Assembly (NCBI RefSeq): GCF_000012465.1
Contig: NC_007335.2
Location: 1,110,001 to 1,142,000 of the forward strand
DNA from: Prochlorococcus marinus str. NATL2A
GTDB taxonomy: Bacteria > Cyanobacteriota > Cyanobacteriia > PCC-6307 > Cyanobiaceae
Direction: 5' to 3'
Length of the DNA: 32,000 nt
A program made the translations under genes and the position numbers. Below the pieces are notes generated by a model that had not been told where the DNA came from, ran no database searches, and worked only from the letters and a program-made list of their open reading frames with translations. This document shows positions 16,805 to 26,440 of the stretch, one piece after another (the first letter of the stretch is position 1; every line of letters begins with the position of its first letter).

Positions 16805-17041
16805 TTAATGAGGTGTTGAGGTTTTCAAGGCCAAAGCATGAATTGTTTCGGTTCTCAATTCATTTTTTAACGCACCATAAACAAGTTGATGTTGCTGTAC
16901 AAGAGATAAGCCGGCGAATTTTGCAGATACTACATTTACTTCAAGATGATCACCTCCTCCCATATCTATTACATCAATTTGAGCATCTGGAAGTGATTGC
17001 TTTATTAAAAGAGTAACTTCTTTGGCTGTAATCATTTTCAA
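16805..17041 (-). CDS. bolA: BolA-family protein
   Basis: The sequence [31 protein letters not shown]...IHALALKT matches the BolA fold signature. The likely start is the ATG at 17035. It lies 10 nt upstream of grx, which is the classic BolA-Grx pairing. Confidence 0.85.
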   Translation of the reverse strand: MKMITAKEVTLLIKQSLPDAQIDVIDMGGGDHLEVNVVSAKFAGLSLVQQHQLVYGALKNELRTETIHALALKTSTPH

Positions 17042-17113
17042 ATAAAAAATTAAAGTGAATTAGGAGGTAATAAATTCAATGTGAATGCTAGAGAATCAAT
17101 TAAATAAATTATA

Positions 17114-17962
17114 TTATCTTCTACCAACAGCTAACAAAGCCGATTGCTCGGCACTTCTCATACTTTTGGAAAGTTCAATATTAAAGTCATTTGTAGGTTG
17201 CTTAAAATCCCTCGAAATAATTATTGGTTTAGAGAAACAAATTGATGCAGATCCATAAAACTTTGGGATAACGTCACTATAGGCCAAACCTACAGGAACA
17301 ATTTTAATTTCCAATCCTTTGTTAGAGGCTAGTTGAGCTAAGCGAATCAGGCCTTTTTTAAGTTTTACAGGCTCGCCAAGTCGATTTATCTTTCCTTCTG
17401 GGAATACAACTAATTGCTGACTTGAAATCAACAAATCCACTGCATATCTAAGAGTAGTTAAAGAAGGTCTTCCTTGATCAATTGGGAAACAACCCAACCT
17501 GTTTAAGAACCAACCTTGTACCCCTCTCATTTCTGATCTGGTGACCATGTATCTACAATCTCTATTTGTAATCCTTCTCCCAGCAGCCATAGTCAACATC
17601 AAAGCATCCCATCTAGATCTATGAGTAGGAGCAAGTACAACAGAACCACTTAAAGGTAAATTTTCACCACCAATAACTATTCTTCTTCGAAAAAAATTGT
17701 TCAAAGCAATATCCTGAGTCGCAACCATAGCCAAGCGACTCCAGAAAGGATCAACTCCAAGGCAGATTTTTTTTTCTCTATGAAGAAGGGGCAAAAAATC
17801 CCTCTTTATCAAACTATGTAATGAAGTTAACTCCGAAAGCTTTATTATTAACAGTTGGACTGGGCAGTTACTCCAGCGGCTAAACCTTATTTTGCTTTTG
17901 ATGAATACAATCAAAGTATATTTTAAATACCTATGGCAAGTCTTGGCGTAAACATTGATCAC
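17114..17962 (-). CDS. plsC: 1-acyl-sn-glycerol-3-phosphate acyltransferase family (PlsC-like)
   Basis: HX4D motif [11 protein letters not shown] and FPEGK motif VVFPEGKI are present. The maximal ORF (GTG at 17962) overlaps pdxJ by 30 nt on the opposite strand. A TTG at 17812 ([10 protein letters not shown]...) would give ~232 aa and no overlap, and is probably closer to the true start. Confidence 0.85.
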   Translation of the reverse strand: MINVYAKTCHRYLKYTLIVFIKSKIRFSRWSNCPVQLLIIKLSELTSLHSLIKRDFLPLLHREKKICLGVDPFWSRLAMVATQDIALNNFFRRRIVIGGENLPLSGSVVLAPTHRSRWDALMLTMAAGRRITNRDCRYMVTRSEMRGVQGWFLNRLGCFPIDQGRPSLTTLRYAVDLLISSQQLVVFPEGKINRLGEPVKLKKGLIRLAQLASNKGLEIKIVPVGLAYSDVIPKFYGSASICFSKPIIISRDFKQPTNDFNIELSKSMRSAEQSALLAVGRR

Positions 17963-18670
17963 ATAGCAAATGTCCGAGAAGCTCGTAAGACATTTGAACC
18001 TGACCCAGTAAAAATGGTTCTTTTAGCGGAATTAGGTGGTGCTGACGGAATAACTGTTCATCTAAGAGAAGATAGAAGGCATATTCAAGATAGAGATCTA
18101 AATCTTCTAAAAGAGACTGTACATACTCGACTAAATCTTGAAATGGCTGCAACTGAAGAAATGACTTCAATAGCACTTAATCTCAAGCCAGATATCGTTA
18201 CATTGGTTCCTGAAAAAAGGGAAGAGGTCACGACAGAAGGAGGACTCGATGTCATTAAAAACAAAAGAAAATTAAAGGAAATAATTCAACGTCTGTCAGG
18301 TGAGGACATTCCAGTTAGCCTTTTTGTTGATCCAGTCCAAGCTCAATTAGAAAATTGCGCTGAAGTAAAGGCCGCCTGGGTTGAACTACACACAGGTAAA
18401 TATGCAATCACAAAAAAAAAGGCAAGAGATTTGGAATTATCCATTCTCAAAGAGAGCACAGCTAAAGCAAAATCATATGGATTGAGAGTAAACGCAGGGC
18501 ATGGATTGACATATCAAAACGTTGAACCAATTGCAGCAATTGAAGGGATTGAAGAATTAAATATTGGCCATACAATTATTTCTAGAGCCCTTTCAGTAGG
18601 TCTATCTCAGGCAGTAAAAGAAATGAAAAGCCTAATTATCAATCCAAGAAAAGACAACTTCTTACTTTAA
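17933..18670 (+). CDS. pdxJ: Pyridoxine 5'-phosphate synthase
   Basis: 245 aa. [15 protein letters not shown]...EPDP...[20 protein letters not shown]...GHGL...ELNIGH are PdxJ signatures. Confidence 0.95.
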   Translation: MASLGVNIDHIANVREARKTFEPDPVKMVLLAELGGADGITVHLREDRRHIQDRDLNLLKETVHTRLNLEMAATEEMTSIALNLKPDIVTLVPEKREEVTTEGGLDVIKNKRKLKEIIQRLSGEDIPVSLFVDPVQAQLENCAEVKAAWVELHTGKYAITKKKARDLELSILKESTAKAKSYGLRVNAGHGLTYQNVEPIAAIEGIEELNIGHTIISRALSVGLSQAVKEMKSLIINPRKDNFLL

Positions 18671-18695
18671 AGATTTTTAAATCGCATTTTGACTC

Positions 18696-21600
18696 TTGCT
18701 AACAATTTATCGAAGTAATAAAGCTGAATGGTTAGCAGAGATACTTGGACAGGAACTCCGATTAAACCCTCCTGAAATAACAGAAGAAGTTAATATTATC
18801 GTAAGTACATGGCCTTCAAGCAGATGGCTAAGTGAAAAACTTTCAATAATTAATAATATCAATGCATTAGTTAAATACCCTTTCCCTGGTACATATTTAA
18901 AAAGATTAGTCAAGAGAATTATTGGTATTGATCCTGATGAAAAAGATCCATGGGAAAAGAATCAACTTGTTTGGAATATTTTAGAATTATTACCAGAATT
19001 AATGAAAGTGGAAGAAGCCCAAGTAATTCGTTCCTGGCTAGAAATAAGCGATAAAAAAGATACGCAAATTAATCTGAAGTTATGGGATCTAGCAAACAAT
19101 ATTGCAGAGACATTTGATGATTACATACTTTATAGACCTGAAATTATCAAACAATGGTTAAGCAAGAAAATGAAGAAAAAATCTAGAGAAATTAGTGTTA
19201 ATAAAAATATCCTTTGGCAAGAAATATTATTTAATTTATTATATAAAAAGATAAACAAAGATCCGTTCTGCATCCAAGTCGAAAAAGCTATTAAACGTTT
19301 AAAGAAAGATGATATTTCTAAACTAGATTATCCAAAAAATCTATACGTCTATGGACTTAGTAGTCTTGCACCATTGCAAATAGATTTAATTCAAGCATTT
19401 TCAAAGGTAATAAATATAAAAATTTATATAATTTCCCCTTGCAATGATCTTTGGCAAAGATGTGAAGCGAGAAGACTGCAATTTAGAAACACATGGAATA
19501 CTCCTCCCGACAGGCAATGGTTACTAGAATCTCCAAGACTTGAAGCCTTCCTTGGACGGATGGGGGCTGAATATCAACAGTTACTAGAAGGGAGTGGTGA
19601 ATATCAATTGGGAGATAGAAACGAGGAAGATATTTTTTCTCTTACAGCAGATATCGCCACTAATAAAGGGAACAAACCAAATTTATTAGAACAACTACAA
19701 CAAGAATTATTATCAACAAAAAGTGAAAATATTTTAACTAAAGAAAAATCTGACAAATCACTCCTTTTCCTTAAATCTCCAGGAAAGTATCGACAAGTGG
19801 AATTAATAAGAGACCATATATTACAGCTCTTCAGCGATGACATAAAAATTCAACCTAGAGACATTTTAATAATGACACCACAAGTTGATAGCTATGCGCC
19901 AATAATTACCTCAGTATTTAATAATATAGATAAAAATACTACTCAGCTACCCTGGGTAATCACAGATAAAAGTCAAGAAGATAAAGTAGGTTTAATACAT
20001 TTTGTGTTAAATCTGTTTGAGATTTCCGTATCTCGTCTAACCGCATCAATTTTTGAAAACTTATTAATTAATCCAGCATTACGAACGCAACAGAATATAA
20101 GTATTGACGAGGTGAGTGACATAATCAAAAGCCTTCAATCCGCTGGGTTTACTTGGGGACTTGATTCCTCAGAAAGATATGGGGAAGAAACTCATAGCCT
20201 ATGTTGGTGTCTAGAAAGGTTTCTACTTGGTCTTGTTTTACCAGATAATCCAATTAATGGAATAAGCCATATCTCCCCTTATTCCGAAAATATTTCAAGT
20301 GCAGAGTTTACAAAAGCTTGGAGTATACTTTCAAAACTTTGCAATTATATCGATGCGATTCGTAGTAAACGTTCATGTAAAGAATGGATAAAACTTATAA
20401 CATCGCTCGTAAAGGATTTATTTGGAGATGGTGGAGAATGGGCATGGGAAGAGCAACAACTACTAACTGTTGTTAATAATTGGGGTCTCATAACAGATAA
20501 TTGTGAACTAGAAATTGATTGTCTAGTAGTTAAAGATATTATCACCAAGGCATTAAGTTCTACAAATAGCAAATTTGGTCATAGAACAGGGAAAATTACG
20601 ATCAGTGCCTTAGAACCAATGAGAGCAATCCCTCATAAAATCATTATCATCATGGGACTAGAAAGTAGAACTTTTCCAAGAATAGAGAATAGAAGAAGTT
20701 TTAATCTCCTAGAAAGAAAAAGAGAGCTTGGAGATCCAAATCAATATGATAAAGACCGCTATTCATTGTTAGAAGCTTTAATCTCAACTCGTCAAAATCT
20801 TTTGGTTTCTTGGAATTCAAAAGATGAAAAGACAGGAGAAGATCTTGAACCTCCAAGCCCTATTCAACAATGGCTGAATTACTTAAAAATTAAATTAGGA
20901 GACAATACCTTTAAAGATATTCTCATTGAGCCACCAGCAAATCCTCTTGATCATTTCAACTTTATAAAAACAGAAAATTCACAAATCATGAGTTGTGATA
21001 GGAAGAATCTAGAAGCTAGAGAATGGCTTGAAAAAGCAATCCCGACTAAAAATATCTCACTAGCATTACCGCTAAAGATGAAAGAAATAAACGTAAGCAA
21101 ATTAAAATCTTATTCCTTCGAGAAAACCAAAGAATGGTTACTCAATCCGCAAATAACATGGTTAAAAGAGCATGAAATTCAATCAAGAGAATTTGTCAAT
21201 CTTATTGAAGACAATGATTTTCTGGAGCTTTCAGAATTAGAAAGATATAAACTTCTAAAACATCGACTTCAAAGTAGTGATCTCTTAAATATTAACCATA
21301 CAAAAAATGACTCTAACCACTGGGAAGAGAACTATTCTGGCAAAGGTGTTTTCCCCCCAAAAGGCTCTGGATTAATAGAGAAGGATCTTCTTCAGGAGCG
21401 GTGGAATAATTTAATATCAGCAATATACGCTACCGGGCAAATCACGAAAAGGAGTATTGAGATGCAAGAGTTAGAGGGTGAATTCTACTTTGGAGGGAAG
21501 AATTTAATACAGATTGAAGTTGGAAGTTTAAAATATAAAACCCTTATGAATGGATGGCTAAATCATTTATATTTATCTGCAAATAGTTCATTTAATTATA

Positions 21601-21989
21601 AAACACTGATAATTTCTAAAAAAACAGATCATAGAAAAACAATTCAATTCGAAGTAAGCAAGGAGATATTACCAATCAATACAAAAGAAGCGAAAAAAAT
21701 TTTAAGCCAAATACATCAATTAGCAACCGTAGGAAGAAATAATTGTTGGCCCATACCACCAGAAAGTGGCATGGATTATGCCCTTGCTACAAAAGACAAT
21801 AATAAGAATGAGCAAGATTTATTTCAAAAAAAATGGGAAGGTGATTTATATAGGCAAGGAGAAAGAGAGACACTAGCGATGGAACTTTGTTTTGGCAAAA
21901 AATGCAAAGCCTCTACTTTTTTAGACTTTGAATCATTTAATGATGTGTTGATGACTCTCTATGAACCAATCCTCAAAAACACCACCTAA
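18696..21989 (+). CDS. recC: Exodeoxyribonuclease V gamma subunit RecC
   Basis: 1097 aa. The N-terminus MLTIYRSNKAEWL parallels E. coli RecC (MLRVYHSNRL...). TTG start. The gene lies in an operon context with recB and recD. Confidence 0.88.
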   Translation: MLTIYRSNKAEWLAEILGQELRLNPPEITEEVNIIVSTWPSSRWLSEKLSIINNINALVKYPFPGTYLKRLVKRIIGIDPDEKDPWEKNQLVWNILELLPELMKVEEAQVIRSWLEISDKKDTQINLKLWDLANNIAETFDDYILYRPEIIKQWLSKKMKKKSREISVNKNILWQEILFNLLYKKINKDPFCIQVEKAIKRLKKDDISKLDYPKNLYVYGLSSLAPLQIDLIQAFSKVINIKIYIISPCNDLWQRCEARRLQFRNTWNTPPDRQWLLESPRLEAFLGRMGAEYQQLLEGSGEYQLGDRNEEDIFSLTADIATNKGNKPNLLEQLQQELLSTKSENILTKEKSDKSLLFLKSPGKYRQVELIRDHILQLFSDDIKIQPRDILIMTPQVDSYAPIITSVFNNIDKNTTQLPWVITDKSQEDKVGLIHFVLNLFEISVSRLTASIFENLLINPALRTQQNISIDEVSDIIKSLQSAGFTWGLDSSERYGEETHSLCWCLERFLLGLVLPDNPINGISHISPYSENISSAEFTKAWSILSKLCNYIDAIRSKRSCKEWIKLITSLVKDLFGDGGEWAWEEQQLLTVVNNWGLITDNCELEIDCLVVKDIITKALSSTNSKFGHRTGKITISALEPMRAIPHKIIIIMGLESRTFPRIENRRSFNLLERKRELGDPNQYDKDRYSLLEALISTRQNLLVSWNSKDEKTGEDLEPPSPIQQWLNYLKIKLGDNTFKDILIEPPANPLDHFNFIKTENSQIMSCDRKNLEAREWLEKAIPTKNISLALPLKMKEINVSKLKSYSFEKTKEWLLNPQITWLKEHEIQSREFVNLIEDNDFLELSELERYKLLKHRLQSSDLLNINHTKNDSNHWEENYSGKGVFPPKGSGLIEKDLLQERWNNLISAIYATGQITKRSIEMQELEGEFYFGGKNLIQIEVGSLKYKTLMNGWLNHLYLSANSSFNYKTLIISKKTDHRKTIQFEVSKEILPINTKEAKKILSQIHQLATVGRNNCWPIPPESGMDYALATKDNNKNEQDLFQKKWEGDLYRQGERETLAMELCFGKKCKASTFLDFESFNDVLMTLYEPILKNTT

Positions 21990-22001
21990 CTAGCAACTAA
22001 A

Positions 22002-22559
22002 ATGAAGCTTAAAAGAAATCTGTTTAAGGATATTATAAATCTCTTATCAAAATGGGGATTTAGTAAGCAGGGGCTATTTAATAATTCAAAAGGAGAGTGG
22101 TATTTATTTTCTCAAATCGTATTAATTCTCCTACATTTAATACCTCCCTACCCAGAAATAAAGCAAATCCCATTTTCAATAAATGCTTTTTGTATAATTA
22201 TTGGATTAGCAATTTCAATTCTAGGTCTATTCATTGTCATTAAAGCATTCATAGATTTAGGAGAAAATCTAACACCGCTACCTTACCCAATGAATGAAGC
22301 GAGTCTTATAAAAAATAATTCATATCAAAATGTTCGGCATCCACTTTATAAGGGATTATTATATATTTCATTAGGAATATGTATTTTTTCATTGAGTCTA
22401 ATACATCTATCTCTACTCTTATCATTAGCTTACATTTTAAAAATAAAAGCCTTGAAGGAAGAAGAAAGGTTGAAAATTAAATTTCCTGAATACAAAAAAT
22501 ATATCAAAGAAGTGCCAGCTATTATAAAAACAATAAAATATTTAGACTGGAGATCCTAA
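22002..22559 (+). CDS. ICMT/PEMT-like integral membrane methyltransferase family protein
   Basis: 185 aa with ~4-5 TM segments. It carries the RHPLYKG motif and the C-terminal EEERLKIKFPEYKKYIKEVP typical of isoprenylcysteine carboxyl / phospholipid methyltransferase-like proteins. It starts 12 nt after the recC stop. Confidence 0.7.
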   Translation: MKLKRNLFKDIINLLSKWGFSKQGLFNNSKGEWYLFSQIVLILLHLIPPYPEIKQIPFSINAFCIIIGLAISILGLFIVIKAFIDLGENLTPLPYPMNEASLIKNNSYQNVRHPLYKGLLYISLGICIFSLSLIHLSLLLSLAYILKIKALKEEERLKIKFPEYKKYIKEVPAIIKTIKYLDWRS

Positions 22560-22654
22560 ATGTTAGTTATAAACAATTTAAAACATCAATATCAAGGAAT
22601 AATTGAAAGCGAAATGGTTAGTTCTTATTTTATTATTATACCTAAGAAATAAAT

Positions 22655-25600
22655 ATGACTAATATAGAATTTTTTCAACCGAATAAATATCCTTTATCGA
22701 ATGGAATACGTCTAATAGAAGCAAGTGCTGGAACAGGGAAAACATTTTCTCTTTCTCATCTTGTCTTAAGGTTATTAACTGAAAAAGAATATTCAATAAA
22801 CGAAATACTAGTTGTTAGCTTTACAGAAGCAACAGCATCAGAAATAAAAGCAAGAATTATTGAAAGATTAATTCTTGCTTTAAAAATAATTGAATCAATA
22901 AATACAAACGTAAAGCCCTATAAGATAGATAATGTACTAAATGAATGGGTTGACTTAAATATAACATCTAAAGAAAAAGCCTTATATATAGCATCACTAC
23001 TCTTAGAAGCATTAGAGAGAATTGACAATGCAGATATCACAACAATTCATGGATTTTGCAGTAAAACACTTCGTAGAGAAGCTATTGAGAATGGAAATAA
23101 TTTAAACCCAACCATCGAAAAAGATTCATACTCACTAATAAATGAAATTGTTGAAGAATATTGGAAAAAAGAAATATTAGAAATAGAAATTTCAGAATTG
23201 AAAGGTTTATTTAAAAGTAATTTTAATCGTAAGAATTTGATTGATGTTCTTAGTTCATTGGATAATGACCCAAATAATAGTTTTAAACAAACTTTTAATG
23301 ACTTAAAAATAGAAGAAAGTCTTTCAAGTCAATTAAACAACTATAGTGAATCATTATGGATAAAATTTACGACTATATGGGAAGAAAAGGGCCAGGAGCT
23401 TGAAGATAGCTTCAGAGAGATTGCTAAGGATCTAAGATCTCAGGGTATCAAAGATACTAAGCCATACTCATCCAAGCCCAGAAAAAATCGTTATGAGCTT
23501 TTAAGTAACTGGATTGAAGAATATAAAGAGAAAAAGCGACCATCATATGAAGATATTCAAAATCAAAAACTTATAAATGAATATTTTCATCCTAAAAATA
23601 TTTACCAACTAGATATGAAGCATAAAATTAATGCTTGTTCAAAAGAAATGGAGCCAATTCTTGATATTATAGGAGATTTATATGATAGTCCAGGGGAATT
23701 AGTTTGGGAGCATGCTTTATTATGGACTAAAAGAGAACTTGAAAAAAGAAAATCTAAAAAGGGTTTAATAAATTATTCTGATCTACTTAAATTATTAGAT
23801 CCTAAAAACCAAAATAGTAATGCAATTAAAGATAAAGTTAATCATAATAATATCTATAAAAATCTAGAGCAAAGATATAAAGTAGCCTTAATTGATGAAT
23901 TCCAAGATACTGACCCAGTCCAATTAAGATTACTAAAAAAAGCCTTTGGTAACCGATCATCGCATCTATTACTAATGATTGGAGATCCAAAGCAAGCAAT
24001 CTATAGTTTCAGAGGTGGAAGCTTAAATACCTATATGAAAGCAAGAGAAGCTTGTGATCAAATTCATTTAATGAATGCTAATTATAGAAGTACAAAATCT
24101 CTAATTTTAACACTCAATAAATTATTCCTTGATGGTTTAATAAGATCAAATCTATCAACTCAAGAACTTAATCCATGTTCACAAGAAGATCTACTAGAAC
24201 TAAATGGAATAAAAGAACCTTTTAAGATATTAAATCTAATAGATACTAATCAAAAGGTAAAAGATCAAAGAATAAAATTAGATTCAAAAAGCAAAATAGA
24301 GGATAAAATTCCGAAAGTTATTGGATCTTATTTGTTAGAGCTATTAAGCAATAATCCCAAAGATTTAAACCCCTCAGATATTTGCATATTAGTCAATAGA
24401 CACGATCAAGCTAAAAACATCCATAGCTATTTATCAAAAATAAGAATCCCTTCGCAACTCTTGAGTAATGAAAATATATTTACTAGAGAGGGTGCTCAAA
24501 TCCTACAGATTTTCATTAACTGTATCGTCAGCCCGCATAATCAACAAAAACTTGCTCTACTAGCTTGTTCTGAGCTAATGCAATGGACAAAGGAAAAACT
24601 TATCAAATCAAAAATTGATGGCGATTTTGATTCATTATCTTCGAAGTTCTATGAACTTTCAAAATTATTTCCAACGATTGGATTATTAGGCTGTTTGTCT
24701 AACTTTCTTGAAGGGAAATCAATAGCTGATCTTTCTAATAGAGGAACTTTATTAGGTGATCTTTACCAAAGCTCTCAGTTAGTAGATGAGCAAATCCATC
24801 GACAGAAGTTTAATGCATTAAGAGCATCACAATGGCTTAGTAGTCAAAGGTTCCAGTCAATTGAGCAAATACCTGAAGAATATCAACCTAACAGTGCCAT
24901 TAGTAATAGCTCTGTAAATATAATTACAATTCACAAGAGTAAAGGACTTCAATTTAAAATAGTGATTTGTCCATACTTGTGGCAAAAGCCTCCAGATAGA
25001 AAAAGTCTTTTATGGAAAGATAATCAAAATCTATTGATTTCTAAAAAGTATAAATGGAATAAAAAATATAGTTCATACCAAGATTTTATTAGAAAAGAAT
25101 CCTTAAATGAAGCAGAGCGGATAGCTTACGTTGCTTTTACAAGAGCTAAAAAACAATTAATAGTCCTGTGGGCAAATGCTGCTGGTCAAGAAGGGAACCC
25201 TCTTTCAGGATTTTTATTTGGCTCTGAATCAATAAATCTAAAGATAGAAGACCATACAAAGGAAATGATGGAAAATTCATTCATGAAAAGAGAACTAAAA
25301 GTTGATATTCAAGATATAAAAACAATTGAAACAAGTAAGACATGGTCTCAACCTAAAAGTGAAGTCAAATTATCGCTTGGAGCCATTCCTACCCATCAAT
25401 TTGAAAATAGTTGGGGAAGGTATAGTTTTTCAAAATGGATAACACAAAAAAATGACGAATTAATTCTAAAAGACTTATCGGATGAGTTAAATGAAGATCA
25501 TGCATTTAAGGGTGAAATTGAGGATATGTCTTTCCAAGAAATTGATCACTTACTTGTAGACAAAGATCAAAGTATTGACAGATTAGAAGATCAAGGATGG

Positions 25601-26440
25601 TCTAAAGAAAGTCCTATTGGTGATTTTCCAAAGGGACCTATAGCAGGGACTTGTCTTCATAAAATACTTGAAAGAATAGATTTCAATGATATTGAAAATC
25701 AACTAAAAGTTTCAACTATAATAGAAGAAGAATTAAATATAGTTAATATAAGTAATTCATTTATTGAACCAATTAATATTTTATTAAAGAGAATTGCAAA
25801 TATCCCTTTAGGAGGTCCTTTAGGTAAATTTAAAATGAAAAATTTAAATACTAAAAGCTCTATCAAAGAATTAAAATTTGATATTCCGATTTGTCATGAA
25901 GCGAATCCAATTAATACTCTCGAATTATCATCAATATTTAAAGAAGATGTTCAAAATAAATATGGCTCAGACTACATAAATAAACTGATAGATCTAAAAA
26001 TCCATAGCAGCGGTTTCCTAACCGGATCCATAGACCAAGTTTTTGCAGACAATCCAAATCATGAAATAGCTAAATGGTGGGTTTTAGATTGGAAAAGTAA
26101 CTGGATAGGAAGTTCACTATCAAAAGAGCATCGTTCTTCATGTGGTCCCTCAAATTATTCAATTTCCAGAATGGATGAAGAAATGTACCATCATCACTAT
26201 CCACTACAAGCCCACATATATTTACTTGCTTTACATAGATTTTTAAATTGGAGGCTCCCCGATTATTCACCTCAAAAACATCTTGGAGGTTACATTTACG
26301 TATTTTTGAGAGGGCTTCCAGATAAAGAAGAGTTAGAAGAAAAGAATTTTCCTCAATGGACTCCAGGCTTAATTGTTGAACCTGCTCCTATTGAAAGAAT
26401 AAAAAAATTAGATTTGTTGATTAAAAGACAACAGAAATGA
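22655..26440 (+). CDS. recB: Exodeoxyribonuclease V beta subunit RecB (SF1 helicase plus PD-(D/E)xK nuclease)
   Basis: 1261 aa. Walker A is IEASAGTGKTFSL, with helicase motifs LIDEFQDTDP and GDPKQAIYSFRGG. The C-terminal nuclease motif is GFLTGSIDQVFADN...WWVLDWKSNWIG. Confidence 0.93.
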   Translation: MTNIEFFQPNKYPLSNGIRLIEASAGTGKTFSLSHLVLRLLTEKEYSINEILVVSFTEATASEIKARIIERLILALKIIESINTNVKPYKIDNVLNEWVDLNITSKEKALYIASLLLEALERIDNADITTIHGFCSKTLRREAIENGNNLNPTIEKDSYSLINEIVEEYWKKEILEIEISELKGLFKSNFNRKNLIDVLSSLDNDPNNSFKQTFNDLKIEESLSSQLNNYSESLWIKFTTIWEEKGQELEDSFREIAKDLRSQGIKDTKPYSSKPRKNRYELLSNWIEEYKEKKRPSYEDIQNQKLINEYFHPKNIYQLDMKHKINACSKEMEPILDIIGDLYDSPGELVWEHALLWTKRELEKRKSKKGLINYSDLLKLLDPKNQNSNAIKDKVNHNNIYKNLEQRYKVALIDEFQDTDPVQLRLLKKAFGNRSSHLLLMIGDPKQAIYSFRGGSLNTYMKAREACDQIHLMNANYRSTKSLILTLNKLFLDGLIRSNLSTQELNPCSQEDLLELNGIKEPFKILNLIDTNQKVKDQRIKLDSKSKIEDKIPKVIGSYLLELLSNNPKDLNPSDICILVNRHDQAKNIHSYLSKIRIPSQLLSNENIFTREGAQILQIFINCIVSPHNQQKLALLACSELMQWTKEKLIKSKIDGDFDSLSSKFYELSKLFPTIGLLGCLSNFLEGKSIADLSNRGTLLGDLYQSSQLVDEQIHRQKFNALRASQWLSSQRFQSIEQIPEEYQPNSAISNSSVNIITIHKSKGLQFKIVICPYLWQKPPDRKSLLWKDNQNLLISKKYKWNKKYSSYQDFIRKESLNEAERIAYVAFTRAKKQLIVLWANAAGQEGNPLSGFLFGSESINLKIEDHTKEMMENSFMKRELKVDIQDIKTIETSKTWSQPKSEVKLSLGAIPTHQFENSWGRYSFSKWITQKNDELILKDLSDELNEDHAFKGEIEDMSFQEIDHLLVDKDQSIDRLEDQGWSKESPIGDFPKGPIAGTCLHKILERIDFNDIENQLKVSTIIEEELNIVNISNSFIEPINILLKRIANIPLGGPLGKFKMKNLNTKSSIKELKFDIPICHEANPINTLELSSIFKEDVQNKYGSDYINKLIDLKIHSSGFLTGSIDQVFADNPNHEIAKWWVLDWKSNWIGSSLSKEHRSSCGPSNYSISRMDEEMYHHHYPLQAHIYLLALHRFLNWRLPDYSPQKHLGGYIYVFLRGLPDKEELEEKNFPQWTPGLIVEPAPIERIKKLDLLIKRQQK

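Noticed and set aside
17064-17084. Perfect TAGGAGGT SD followed by ATG-TGA (start-stop mini-ORF) on the plus strand
   Set aside because: The spacing is 11 nt, which is long. No downstream plus-strand gene exists for it to regulate, so it is probably fortuitous.
16813-18176. ORFs 16813..17016 (+) and 17931..18176 (-)
   Set aside because: They are antisense to bolA and pdxJ respectively, and both of those have clear family signatures.
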